Source: Botryllus schlosseri
Lineage: Eukaryota
Assembly (NCBI GenBank): GCA_051294905.1
Contig: CM119372.1
Coordinates: 21,826,001 to 21,890,000, forward strand
Length of the DNA stretch: 64,000 nucleotides
Reading direction: 5' to 3'
Part shown: positions 1-13,449 of the stretch, piece by piece
Position numbering within the stretch: the stretch's first letter is position 1
How the letters are laid out: the number at the start of each line of letters is the position of its first letter
The notes under the pieces: generated by a model
What the model saw: only the letters and a program-made list of their open reading frames with translations
Database searches by the model: none
Told to the model about the DNA's origin: nothing
Made by a program: the position numbers and the translations under genes

Positions 1-2825
1 GGATTATAACACTGATCAACAGCGAATTTCAAATTAATATATGTACTTCGGTGATTTGAAAGGACTTGTTCCCTGATTTCAAATATGCCCTTATTTTTTC
101 AAGTTTTTGAGATATTTTCATTTTAAATTTCAACTGTTATACAATTATCTTCATAATCGGAACAGTGTGCAGTTCATTATAATCCAATTTTGACGGAACT
201 CATAAAGGATTATTTCTGACTGACTGATATCATCCATGAAGAAGGCAATAGCGAGGAGGTTCTGCCTCACATAATTACACCATAGTCATCCGTGGGGCAA
301 GTTTTTGTTGTAGTCAAATCCTTAGAAAGTTGCATTTATTTTTCACAAAAGTTACAGTAAAGAGTTGCATTTATGGATAAGTTCCTTGAAATTTTTAGGA
401 TATGAGATATTCGAATTGATTCGTATCCAAGGCACTGTAACAAAACTCAGTGTTCAAAACTTCAACAAAATCAATAGCTTGAAAAAATTGACCCGGTAAA
501 AATATAATTTTCGGCGGCCTAGCATGAATGTACGTCAAATCAAAAAGGACCTCAAATTTGAACGACAGTGAAGTAATCAAGCGATCTATTTACATATAGT
601 TCCAAATATTTGCAGTAAAAAGTTAGTTGCATGAAAAATCGAAAAACTTGCAAAAATTTACATGAAAAAATGGAGAAAAGTTGCAATATATGATTACTCG
701 AAACAGCTTAAAACACCATACTACATACCTTCTGAGTATTGAGGGAACTGCCGGAAGCTGTAAAAAAAGTTGAAAAAGTTGCAAAAATTGGGCCTATAGT
801 CATCATAGTTTCGAATTATATGCCATATAAGATTTTTTGAAAACTTGGCGCAGGTCTCGGATGTTTCCAACGCGCTGGATGATGAGATTCCTGATATAGC
901 AATGCTGTGTGTCATGCTTACGGCTATACATGGTCCCCTGATTGAGCAATGAAAGGCATTTTAAACGGCTGCATTCCCCAATTAAATGCAGTGAAACGAA
1001 ATCGTATTTTAGGACTGATGCAAATTTGATTTGCTCAGCTGTGATACGTGGAAGAATACGATCATTTCACAATTCGGTGTGTTGGTAGCATAAGTTGACA
1101 AAGATGCACTTGTCCGTACCCTTTTGATGCATCACGAAGTAAATATTTACGTGTGTACCGAGTACGTATACAAATTTAGCGTCAAATGTTACTCATTGCA
1201 CTCAATGAAGATTTATCAGTCGAACAACCATCGAAGTAAATAAAGAATAAGCTTGCATGTTCACAATTTCAAGATATATCATAAACAAACTTTCTCAAAA
1301 TAATTCGTGATATCATTGTCAACCGCAATCTGTATTCTACCGTATCATTACAAACTATCAGAAAAACTTCACCATTTGAAGGGATACCTGGATATCGTTA
1401 ATACTGTCGAAATCAACGACTGTCCAAATTCTATACCAGTGATGAGATCATATAGCTATATAGTAAATTTGTCATTCAGTCCGTACCATATCTCATACAC
1501 AGTTGACTCCGTTTACCCCGAGCACATTTGGTCTGCTCACTTTTGACCGAAATAAGCGGAATAAACTGCTTTGTCTGAGTTAAGCAGAAAATCAATTGCA
1601 CTTTACATGGTCGTGCGTAAAGGCCTAAAACGCATTGGAAATACTGTTCGTTGTATATTAAATGAATTGCAACTGCTCTATACTGCATTAATTTGTATTA
1701 ATCGCAATTACGCACAAGAGTTATACCTTATGGTCGTTGTATTGTACGTGTGCAGTACAATATTTTGATACTGTACGGCCCACAGGACGATTTCATCCGG
1801 CCCGCGAAGCAATTCCGAGTGAATGGAAATTGTTTGTATTATCCAACACATTTTTTCTAAATTTTTTTAAAAAGGCGTTTAGCAAGAAATACTTTGACGT
1901 GAAATCCCTCATAACAGCAACCGTCTAACATATTCAATGTCCATAAGCCACATTGAAACTATCGGAAGGCATCTTCTGTCGAACCGCTATATACCTTATT
2001 TTGACCCAAATGACCCTAGACCCGGTCTCTAGGGAAATCCGAATAGGGATTTAAAAATAATGAACAAAATTACAACGTCCATGTTTACCGGTAAATCTCT
2101 TGCATTCGTCATATGCTTACGCAGGGCCAACGCCGCATCACAAGTAAAACAAACGGAGCATAGCGATATGCCAATTATATCGTCGTTAGTTATTTTTGAC
2201 GTCCAACTAATAAACAGTTTTCCAGTTTGTATATATAGTCTTTGTCGTAGTTGCGGATTTTGAAAAGTCCGTAGTTCTAGTTCTAGTTGTGCATTTTAAA
2301 AAGATATTAATCTTCGCTTGACGTAAATCGTGACACCGATGTTTTTTGTATGATGTTCTTGCAGCCACTGCTCTATCAGACTCTGCACTACCAACAGTGG
2401 CATAGCCGGAGGAGGGATTTTGTGGGTCTCTCCCATTTCAAACTCCAGAATTTCTACCTAAGTGTTGGAGGTTTATCTAGGCTCTTCCTCGCCATCTCAT
2501 CTGTGTAAGCGGTGTCTTATAAAAGCCTAGAAGTGGGCCGAGGTACAAGTCGGCAGATATGAAATTAAAACGAAGCACATTGGCCTGGTGTTAATGACCA
2601 TATAGCAGTTGACAAACACCATGAATAAAAATACAAATTTATTAGTTTGCTCGTGAAATTAAATCTACTTCAGTATGGTTCTTAACCTTTAATGACCTGC
2701 TAACCCTGACGCTAATCTGTAAATCAGTTGCGTAGCTCCTAATTTGAACTTCGTGTCACAAAAAAACAAAAATCTACCACATTACAGATCTAATTACACA
2801 TTTAATACATTACTATACGCATTGC

Positions 2826-3247
2826 TAGGGCTGCATTTAAAACAAACGGTGTTTTAAAACACTTTGTTTAAAACATGTTTTAAACAATGTTTTAAAAGAG
2901 GGCCTTCTAGAAAAAAGTGTGTTTTTTCAAACTGTAGAATTATGCCATAATTGTACAAAAAAACATGTTGTATGAGCCTACGGACAATAACCACCCGATG
3001 TAGCCGACGTATATCGATATGGGATGGTTGGAACCCGCAAAATATAGTTGGTTCAACAGCAATGGTACATATTTTTCGTCAAAGGAGCAATTTTTACCAA
3101 TGTCAATCTACTATAACGTCAAAATTGAATATTCGTGACGTCATGGCTTTTAAAAAACATAAGAAACAATAAAAAACATGTTTTAAATTAGGGTCTTGTT
3201 TTAAACATGTTTGTTTTAAATTGATTTTTGTTTTAAATGCAACCCCA
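2826..3247. mobile_element. MITE with TTTAAAAC subterminal motifs
   Basis: TAGGGCTGCATTTAAAAC...GTTTTAAATGCAACCCCA; a second, interrupted copy lies at about 23070-25160. Confidence 0.7.
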
Positions 3248-4567
3248 CGCATCGCAATCACTAGTGGTCATGTAATGAATAGTTACTGGGCTGGAAGTGG
3301 TTATTTTTTTCAGATTCACGAATGAATTTCGTCATTGATATTAGTAGTTTCACATATTACTATCAAATATTGATCCTTTCTCAGCCGGTGTGATCAGATT
3401 CACCGGTAGAGTTGATGGAGGGTGAGTTTTCGAAAATTTATGGCAAGTTACAAATGATGATGCATATTCGGATGGGCCAATTGTTATTAGTCATTTTGTT
3501 GCAGGCTGTTATTTCTTGACCTCCCATCAGGATTATCGGTATAGTGGTAAGATATTGAAATCTCCCGAACGTAACAGAAACAAATTCCTTTCGTGGGGAG
3601 CACACGATTCCAAGTTGGTATTTCTATATGGGGTGCATCATATTCCTCCGCTGTTCGCATCTGTACTCTGGGGCTCTGATTGGAAAGGGCGCTACTGTAT
3701 TGAAATCGAAAAATGAAATCGTATTGAATCGCGAATTCACGATCAATTAAATCTCTAAAAAAATAATTAATCTCTCAAAAATTCTGGAGTCAATTCCTAA
3801 ATTCAATTGTCATGTCGACGGCCGCAATACATACTAATTGAATCACGTGTCCACGGCCGCTCACATTTCCTTCTACGGCCGGAGGTTGCCCATCCCAGCT
3901 CTACGCTATCCCGTCACGCAAAATCAAAACATTATAACGAATATTTATTTCAAATCAGCGAGAGTTCTGTTCTTTCCTTTCAGAGACCAGCAGTTAAAAA
4001 GTTAGAAACTCGAGGCCTCGCCTTGGAAAATGAAGAGCCATCGCATTTTTGAACTTACGTAACTAGTGCGATACCAATTGTGTAATTGCATAGTCAGCTA
4101 GTAACTATCGGATACATCATCGACATTTCACAATGACGCGGTTGCGATTCCCCACCCCAACCTCCCCTGCATACGCCACTGCAGTCGAGGTATCACCAGA
4201 ACAGTCGCAATTCGCCTAATGACCGAACCTTACTGCCTACAACCAATGATGGTCAAAACGAACGTGTCAATATGACATATCTCATGCATGAGCTGAGTGT
4301 GCGTCTTGACCTCCAGGGATCCCCTGAGAGTGGATCAGGGAAGTATGGGGGAAGTCTTAGATACGATTGCGAGTGTTAAAAAGTGAGTAGTTCTAGTTCT
4401 AGTTGAAGATTTTGAAAATCCAGTAGTTGGCACAAATCTGCGTTAGAGCCATTATTTTAATCGTTCAAGTCTATATTTAATCGGCCAATCATAGTATTTT
4501 TACCAATTCCGTTGTTTGCGAATAACGGCGTTGCCAGCAAAAAGTCGACATGGTGGATCACATAGTG

Positions 4568-6234
4568 CAGTGGTTCCCAACCTGTGGTACGCGTACCACT
4601 AGTGGTACGCGAAGGTCTTCCAGGTGGTACGCGAGTAGATTCTGTCTTTTTCGATCGAAGGGAGTTATTAGTTCAGGTGAGGTTGATTTTTCTCACGCTA
4701 TTCCCCAGCTGCTAATTTTCCCTTATGCGTGCTTTTGTTGTGTGTTGTTATTTCATTACGCTGTTTTTCCTGTGACTGGTGGTGAAAAAATACAATTCCA
4801 TACATCCCATCAACCCTGGCTGATAATGCCTAGTTCAGGGGTGTCAAACTCAAATTGCATCGCGGGCCGGATCGAAGTCATGAAATCGCTCGCGTGCCGG
4901 ACCAGTCAACGGAATCCAAAATTTTGCCGCGCGCCATTGATTCTCGCTGCAATACTTTATTATCAAGCATATATAGATAGGCTAATACACGGATCGTAGG
5001 GGTTTCATTCTAGCCAGCGAGTCGCAACACCATTATTTGCGAGCATGCGAAAATACGATGTTTGTCCGGTTGAATACAGTTAAGAACCGCTAAAACAATG
5101 GCATTACCGGCGTTACAAGTAGACATATTTAAGTGTTCCCTTTGCTTCAGTCCAGTGGTGGCAAACCTGCGGCCATAAGAGGCAATTTGTGTGGCCGTAG
5201 ACACGTAATTCAATTTGTATGTGTTGGCGGCCGTCGACTTGGAATTAAAATTTACGAATTGACTCCCGATTTCTTGAAAGATTTTAATTAATCTTGAAAT
5301 TTTCTTCGCGCTGGGCGCGATTCAATCCGATTTAATTTTTCGATGTTAATATAGTAGCACCCTTTGCAATCAGAGCCCCACAATACAGATGCGAACATCA
5401 GTGGAAAACGATGCGACTCACATGGAAATATCAGCTCGGAATCGTGTGCTCCTCACTATACTAAAAATCCTGATGGGAGGTCAAGAATTAACAGCATGCT
5501 ACAAAGTGACTAATACCAATTGGCCAACCCGAAGATGCACCATAATTTATAACTTGCTTTAAATTTTCGAAAACCCCCCTATACATCAACTCTACACCAG
5601 TACTCTATATCAATGACGAAATTCATTGGTGAATCTGAATTTTTTTCGCGCTTCGCGCGACGATGAGAGCTTCCTTTCTTCACATTACCAGTGACCACTC
5701 GCGATTTTGGTGCACAAACCACAAAGTAAGCCTATCATTAAATACATTAGTCCGGAGTTAACCAGAAATAATGGACATAGACACTTTAACCTGGGTATTT
5801 GGCGTCCAGCAGCTCGTTCATTACGACTATGCCCTGGATTGCGGCAGTAGGCTACACGACTAGTCGAAATGCGGCCGTGAATGGCAAAAAGGTTGGCCAC
5901 CCCTGCTTTAGTCATAATCTGGCGTTAGTCCTGCGTATGCGTTGTGATGAATACAAGATATATAACTGTCAACTGTCAACTGTCAATGTACTCAGAATTG
6001 CGATGCGGGCCGGATAAAATCGTCTGGCAGGCCGGATCCGGCCCACCGCCCACGGGCCGTATATTTGACATAACTGGCCTAGTTCAATGGAATTTGTTAA
6101 TACACCTCGCATATGTCAAATACGTGATTATGACGTCATAAATGGTGGAAACGCGCGTAACTTCATAGGTGGTACGCGAGCACTGCATAAAACCTTAAAA
6201 TGGTACGTGGGTGGAAAAAGGTTGGGAACCACTG
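4568..6234 (+). mobile_element. Non-autonomous hAT (Buster/Charlie-type) element with two nested hAT elements
   Basis: TIR CAGTGGTTCCCAACC, TSD ACATAGTG. Nested 4836-6076 (TSD GCCTAGTT) and 5153-5905 (TSD CTTCAGTC/CTTTAGTC). Confidence 0.9.
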
Positions 6235-6537
6235 ACATAGTGTATACGACTATATTATTTATATGCTGGATAATAAAGCATTCCAGTCAAAAACAAAGAT
6301 ATTGAACGATATTGAAATCGGAGACATGTTATGGTGCATGAAATTGAATAAGTGCATATTCCTGAATTCGAATATAGGGGGTGCTTTCACGCTTATATAT
6401 TATATATGGCGGAAGTTCGGAATTTCAAGACGAAAATATACAGACAGAAAGTGAAGAATGAATTTTCGAAAATATAAATATTCTGAGAAAGATATAAAAA
6501 TTCATAATAAAATATATTTGAAATTGCATAAGCAGTT

Positions 6538-6760
6538 TCAAGGAACGACACATGTACAACCCACAGGAACTCTTTCAGTGGTGACTTTGCATTCATCGGG
6601 CGTGCATTGCGAATAATGACGTATCGCGCCTTTCCGCCACTTCAGCACAATCATGGAAGCGTAGATTTCAGAGCTTTTGAGACTAGATATCGGATACCTC
6701 AAAAAGGGGTTGAGACAGGTCTTGCAAAGACATTTGGCAATCGGAAGATGACGAGGATAT
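6538..6760 (-). CDS. IL17: IL-17-like copy A, exon 2 (cystine-knot domain)
   Basis: 223-nt exon, open to TGA at 6540-6538; same length as copy B exon 2 and about 57% identical by hand count. Confidence 0.88.
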
Positions 6761-6969
6761 CTGTGAAGTTAGGAGGGGTACATCAGGATTAACAATCACA
6801 GACGAGATGCAAAAACATCACATCAATCTGTTGGAATTGTGGAATTACATCGTTAGTGAACACCTCAGTGCATGATTTCATAATTACAATGTCGGTGGTG
6901 GATGGAAAGTGGAAAGATAGTGTTTCGTACAAAAAATGACGATATAACAAAAGAGGTGGGAGATCCTAC

Positions 6970-7316
6970 CTATTTCGACGTTTCTACATGCAGATCGCCC
7001 AGGAGGATATGCTCCTTTTGTTTTCGTCAGTGATCGTATCTTGAATATCTCGGAATTTCGGACATCGACCACGACACGACCGACGCGAGCCAAGACTTCT
7101 TCTTTGTCTGCGTCTCCTTGCGGACATCATCAACGACTGCTCTGTTATTCTCAAACAAGATTGCCGGATGGAAGAATCGCTGAGCAGATCGCAATCTGAA
7201 GAATTGTACTTTTCGGCGTAAACGTCTGCGTCGAAATATTGTGCGTACGAATATCTTATCAAGGAAGCACCAGAACCTGCCAGCGTCAAAGCCGATGTAA
7301 TCAATGAGTATTTCAT
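6970..7316 (-). CDS. IL17: IL-17-like copy A, exon 1 (signal peptide, pro-region, start of IL-17 domain; interrupted by TAG)
   Basis: ORF 6984..7316, collinear with copy B exon 1; donor GT at 6969-6968. Confidence 0.8.
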
Positions 7317-8015
7317 TTCGGAAAAGACGTCTGCTAGTTGATCATCGGTGGAATGGTGATCTATACAATAGTGGATATTATATAGATAGTATATTCAGAT
7401 CAAGAGATATATATCAGTTAGTGGCCTGATTTGTCACTTATATAATAATAATGCCGACCACTATAATATCGCTTTGTGGGTCGCGTAATTTTCCGAGGGT
7501 ATACTTTGCATATAATCACATAGTTACAGTTGCGTTGTACGATCTACTAGTAACGTTCCGTTCGTTGCAAAATCAATGTATTCTCATTGCAGATATCCAC
7601 TATTCAAATAGCATTGAAATCAATCTAAAAATACGTGATTGGTTACGCATGACGTAGGTGATGACGTATATTTGTATGCTCTCGCAACAAGGCCCTATGC
7701 GTGGAGTAGATAAGGACATTCCTGATGTCTACTCTGCAAATCCACGAGTATATTTGAAATAAATATACTCCTGTGGCCTAATAGGATTGTACAGTTCATT
7801 GTATATCTAATAAAATAATCATGTAGTATTCCAAAAATAGTTCTTCAATGAATGCTGTTCCAACATTGTTGCACCAAATATAGTTGTTGTCCGGTATATA
7901 TAGAATTCATTCAAACAATATCGTTGTTGATACACCAAGCAAATGTTTAGGCTTTGGTATCAGCTTGGTTATTGGTTATTGATTGAAGGAATTTCGAATG
8001 CGTGAGCGCGAGAAC

Positions 8016-8025
8016 GGAAATCCCC
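8016..8025 (-). promoter_or_regulatory. NF-kB consensus site upstream of IL-17 copy A
   Basis: GGGGATTTCC matches GGGRNNYYCC, about 700 bp upstream of the ATG; TATATAA at about 7384-7378. Confidence 0.4.
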
Positions 8026-9760
8026 TAACTTTTTGGTGAGCGTGTCATATGAGAGAAAATAACAAACGAGAGAGACTATTATGTTCATTGTACCATAGTG
8101 TCCTATTTGGTGTCGACACAGGCAAATCTCACGCCTCAGTGAAATTGTATCACGTCACAATTTCCATTTGGCTACAGGCAATTTGACGGTCATTTTTGAC
8201 CGGCTTGCCGAGCATTAAATTTGGTAAAACGGGTATCAATCGAAAGCTGACTCTCCACTGATTACGAAAATATAAATTTTATTCCGCTCGTGGCCCTGGA
8301 ACTCCCGCAATCAGCCTCGAATTATTCATTGTTATGGAGATTGGCATTGGGACGCAACAATGCTGTCTGGCGAAACGAGAGAGTCGCTCAGGACGTAACA
8401 ATGCTGTCTGGCGAAACGAGAGAGAAAAAGAGCCAGACACCATTGTCATTTTTTTTTTACGTTAGACCTGTTTTAGCAGACCACCGTTGAAACTTTCTGG
8501 ACAAAAGTCATGAAATATATTTTCCGCTTTTTAGAAGTAGTATTTGTAGTTTTCTTCCAATTACGAGACTTATACGTTGAGTTTTATTTATAATTTCAGT
8601 TCTTTTGTCTGGAGAACATACATCTTGAAGTATAAAAGCAAGTGTAGTAATGCCTCATATTTTCTGAAAATAAAGCTATAACACTATATGGCATTTTTGC
8701 GATCTGCCATATTTTAAATTAGCGTATACTAATAGCGCAAAGTGTTGAAGCCGTATTCAACACAACTTCTCCGTATTGCTCTTCAAGTGAACTAGGGGCC
8801 TCATAATATGGTAATAACGCGAGTACTGCATAAAACCTCGAAATGGTACGTGGGCGGGAAAAGGTTGGGAACCACTGCCTTAAGGATATGCGGCCCCTCG
8901 TCATCTTCCTGGTCCGTACCGGATTTTCACAGGTGTGACGAATAAATGATTGATCGATTGATTATTTTATGTTGTGATTGTCAGGTTTCCATAACACTGT
9001 AATTGAAATTGTAATTGAGCAAAATTTTTATCAAATTACAATTACAATTACACAAAATAGAAATGCTTCAATTACAATTACAATTACAATTACATGAAAA
9101 AATGTAATAATTACATTCAGCTAAATTACAAATTACAATTGATCCAACTCTGATTGTAACCACTGGAATTCTTCACTGGGCCAGATTTCGTTAAAGTATT
9201 GCTTTTGTCATGTAAAAAGTTGCCTGTTTCTAAGCCAAAAACGTTTTTTCCGACCAAACTACTTCGTTAGGACAGCCAGTTCCAACCAGAAATGAAGATA
9301 AGGGTTACAATTTTAACATTATGTGGGAAAACACCTAATTTGCATACGTTAGGTCAAAATTCAGTTTGCTTAGGTCAAAATAAGTCAAAATTTTGATTTT
9401 TCAGGTAAAAAACCGCCCTAGTCATTATTTGTGAACGCGAATATTGTGCCACTTATTTATTAATGTAAATAAAGACTGTAAACCTAATCTCATCTCATAA
9501 TACTTCCAAACTACGGTGCGTAGGTTGACGGCATTGCTAATGGATTGATATCAACTACATCTGCAAACCCAATCGTCATTCAAACATAAGGACAAAATAC
9601 AAAAATATAGGCTTATGTTCTGCTGAATAATAAATAGAAGCAATTTCAAATGCGACGAACGTAGACTCACTGCACCATAGTGTCCTATATGGTGTGGACA
9701 CAAGCAAATCTCACGGCTCAGAAAAATTGGTCTACGTCACACTTTTCATTTGGTTAAAGG

Positions 9761-10290
9761 TAGGGCTGGGCACAATGATTCGAGTACTCGAATCTGAATC
9801 GAGTATTAATTTTAATGATTCGAGTCGAGTAGTAAAAGACGATTTTTTTCGAGTACTGAAATTATACGCTCCTCGCCACTGAAAGTTGATTTATCAACGA
9901 GGAGTTTATCAACGATCAACGAGTTTATACTAATTTCACTGTTGAAGCCTTGAAACCTTGATTGGCCGTATCGTAGCATACGAAACATGAAGTACAAAGC
10001 TACGAACGTTACTGGAAATAGCACATTTCCGAAGTCATGATCATCCCACAATATCGTCACCATGTGCAATGAAATCGGAATGGTCGAAAAAAATACCAAA
10101 GTATCCTTAATATGACGGATAACAGGTATTATATTCTTTGTGGTCGCTTAAAAGGTACATATTTGAACTTTGATAAATAATATTCTGCTATGACGTCATA
10201 ATGAGTGATACTCGATTACTCGACTCGACTCGAAGCATTTTACGTGATTCAGAATCGAATCACTCAGGTACTCGATTTTGCCCAGCCCTA
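9761..10290 (+). mobile_element. hAT-type MITE (TAGGGCTGGGCA family)
   Basis: TIR TAGGGCTGGGCA, perfect TSD GTTAAAGG; inserted in a CACCATAG-type repeat. Confidence 0.88.
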
Positions 10291-11129
10291 GTTAAAGGTA
10301 ATTTGACGGTAATTTTAGACCCGCTTGCCGAGCGCGAAATGTGGTAAAACGGGTATCAATCGAAAGCTGCCGCTGTACTGATTACGAAAATATAAATTTT
10401 ATTCTGCTGATGGCCCTGGAGCCCCCACAATCAGCCTCGAATTTTTCATTGCTATGTAGACTGGAGTAGTGACGCAACAATACTGTCTGGCGAAACGAGA
10501 GCGTAGCTCAGGAGCAAATGAGTGACGTGTTATCATGAGTCGGTGTTATATGCCGTAAAAACATCAAGGACAGAAATATACTACGTATTTTTCCTATTCC
10601 TATTCCTAAGCTCTAATAATAGTGTTATAAAGATATGAAAGGTTACAGTCCAACCCATGTGATATAGCATTTATTGTCGGCAGTTTGAAGTCATGGTAGA
10701 TGCATCGCATTATGTATTCCATCTATTGCATTTTTCAAATCATAACTGGTTGTGATTCTTGCAATGGCATGGAAATAGTATACATGGAGGTGCCAATCCG
10801 TACCTTTCAGTAATAGATGGCAGTAATAAACATCCAGACATTATCAACAGTATTGGATACAGAAGTGATTACCACTTTTGTTGGCTATATTCATCTTTCT
10901 GCTTTCGGTATAATTTCAACTACCATCATTTCTCTTATTAATGAGATATCAGAGAACATGAGCTTAATGCAGTATTCGGGAACCTTTTTGGGCCGAAGAG
11001 CCAGATTGACCCAATATTTTCAAATTTAAATCCCAAAGAGCCATAAATGTCAATCAACTGTTACGTCACAATTAAAATTTCGTGACGTAGGCTATTGGCA
11101 GCACGTTAACATGGAATTCGTATTGTGCA

Positions 11130-12440
11130 CAGAGGGGGTCAAAGTAGTCAAGAAAGCTACTCATGTAGAAGTAGAAGTAGCGACCGAAAAATCTACTCAA
11201 GTACGAGTAGAAGTACTTCTTCCATAAGCAATCTAAAACTACTTGAAGCAGAAGTAGAATTGACTGACTTCAAATATATACTCAAGTAAGTAAGTAGTTG
11301 TGAAAACGATCGTAATTCGTTCACTTGGATTGTCGAAAGGTGCAAATTGAGCTATGCGAAAGGTGCCGAGCTTGATTCTTATTGATGCATCCTAGGAGCT
11401 ATCCAATTTTCGACAGCATAAGCATTCGTCCGCACCATGGGATGAAAATGATAGTATTGATATGGAAATGCGATAATAATCCTCTGTTCACTCGAAAAGC
11501 ACGTTTTAGAAAATATCATGGTATGGCGCCCTCCTCCATATTATAAGGCCTGTAGAGGACGGAGAAGTTGTATAGGATACGGTATAAACACTTTGCGCGA
11601 CTAGTAAACGTTAATAAAAAATATGCCCGATCGTACCAATGCGATTCTGTGTAGCTTTATTTCCGGAGATTAAAGGCACTACTACACTTGCTTTTATACT
11701 TCAACATGTATGTTATCCAGACAAAAGAACTGACAGTAATTAGAAAGTAAAGTATATGATACTGGGAGTTGAAAGTGAAATATAAATACTACTTATAAAA
11801 GCGGAGCATGTATTTCATGTCTTTAGTCCAGAAATGTCGAAGGTTGGTATGCTAAAACAGCTCTAAAACTAAAAATAAGTCAGATTCCACTTTTCCAGAT
11901 GAGGACACGCCATGGACTGCTAGATTACGACATGATAATGATAAGTAAATGCTAGATTGCGAAACATCAGTTTCAAACGTTATGATGAGCCATAATATTA
12001 TATACTGTGATGAAATATTTGATATGGCGAAGGGAGACAATGCGGTGTGAACGGAACCACGCCAACCCGCTACTTAAATTATATTCACCGATACTATCGG
12101 GAAATATTACTGGTTACCCCATATCCACTGCGCGCGAAGTGCGACGAAAATTCTGGACTTTCTCAAATTTTATGAAAATCAAATGTTGATGCTCCGTGAA
12201 AACAGCCCCGAAATTCCTCAGGTTATCTTCCCGTTTGGAGGATTAAACTACTTCTACTTGACAAACTGAAAATAACGAAAAGTAAGTAGGTAGATCACAA
12301 AATATTTCGAAGTAGAAGTAGAAGTAGCGATAATTAGATCTACTTGAGTAAATACCAGAAGTAGAGGAAAATTACTTGAGTACTTTTCGCTATTTTCAGT
12401 TCTTCAAGTAGAAGTAGTTTAATCCCCCAATAAGAAAGAT
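11130..12440 (-). mobile_element. hAT-type MITE (CAGAGGTGGTCA / AGTAGA-repeat family), one end rearranged
   Basis: Reverse-complement similarity to 23159-24801 and 48641-49969. Confidence 0.75.
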
Positions 12441-12907
12441 AGTCTAAGGCAGTGGTTCTCAACTTTTTTTTAGACACGTCCCCCTTCATGATATTAAAAA
12501 CTTTCGCGCCCCCTTATCGTCATATCACAAAATCCAACCGGGATGCTAGCAACCCCAACAGGTTGTTTGATGGTATGGAAATTTATGACTATTGATAAGA
12601 GAATAACAAAATATGAATTTCGGTATATATAGAGAGAAACACGCTTGAATTGGAGGTAAATCGGGCGGAGCGCGATTTTCTTTTCAGTTGACCGCTTCTT
12701 CGCGCCCCCTTCAGATGCTTTCACGCCCCCCAGTTTAAGAACCACTGGTTTAGCCTATATTGTAATTCGCAAAGTTTTCTGTTGCTACGGAAGTATGGGA
12801 AACAGTTTAGCATGGCTGAATTATCTTGTTATAACGCGGCACGCATAGAACACCTATGTAAATAGGCTAATTATTACAGGTGGCGACTGGGTACTAAGGC
12901 CTTAAGG

Positions 12908-13368
12908 CATGGGTTCCCAACCTGTGGTACGCGAAGGTCTTCCAGGTGGTACGCGAGTGGATTCTGTTTTTTTTTCGACTGAAGGTAGTTAGTTCAGGTG
13001 GGATTGATTTTGAGATTGTTGAAGCCGTCGTCGTCGTCGTCGTGGCAAGGTCGTCGTCGTGGGTAGGGGCAATCCCACCAATGACGGCCTACGTGGAAGA
13101 GATCTAGTCGTAAAGCATTGGGATTCTCACCTAACCAAATTCCGTTTTCATATATTTGACCACAAGAATTCCAAATGGATCCACTACAGAAATCATATAC
13201 TGCGCCATAAAATGGGCAGTTTATTTTCTGTTTTGCTGCCTTCTGCAGCTCAACAAGGTGGAAACATTTTTGACCGCCTTCGGCGGTGTAGCTTATATTT
13301 TGGTGGTACGCGAGCACTGCATAAAACCTCTAAATGGTACGTGGGCGGGAAAAGGTTGGGAACCACTG
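12908..13368 (+). mobile_element. hAT MITE (CAGTGGTTCCCAACC family)
   Basis: Ends match 4568-6234; TSD CCTTAAGG/CCTCAAGG. Confidence 0.8.
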
Positions 13369-13449
13369 CCTCAAGGCTTTGCGGCCCCTCGTTATAGATA
13401 TGGTGTGACAAATATGTTTCAACGAAAGTATCGCTGAATATAATTTAGA

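Larger units (their letters stand above)
6538..7316 (-). pseudogene. IL17: IL-17-family cytokine gene, copy A; 2 exons (7316-6970, 6760-6538) with in-frame TAG at 6986-6984
   Basis: Exon 1 MKYSLITSALTLAG...KRSISSWAICM*KRRNR ends AG|GTAGGA. A 209-bp phase-2 intron ends cttcacag|. Exon 2 reads YPRHLPIAKCLCKTCL...CKVTTERVPVGCTCVVP*. RS(I/L)SPW-like, RYP, CxC and VGCTCV are IL-17 hallmarks. Only one lesion is seen. Confidence 0.88.

Noticed and set aside
721..1550. Short ORFs with splice-like sites near the window start as a possible third IL-17
   Set aside because: No SPW, RYP or CTC motifs found in the frames read.
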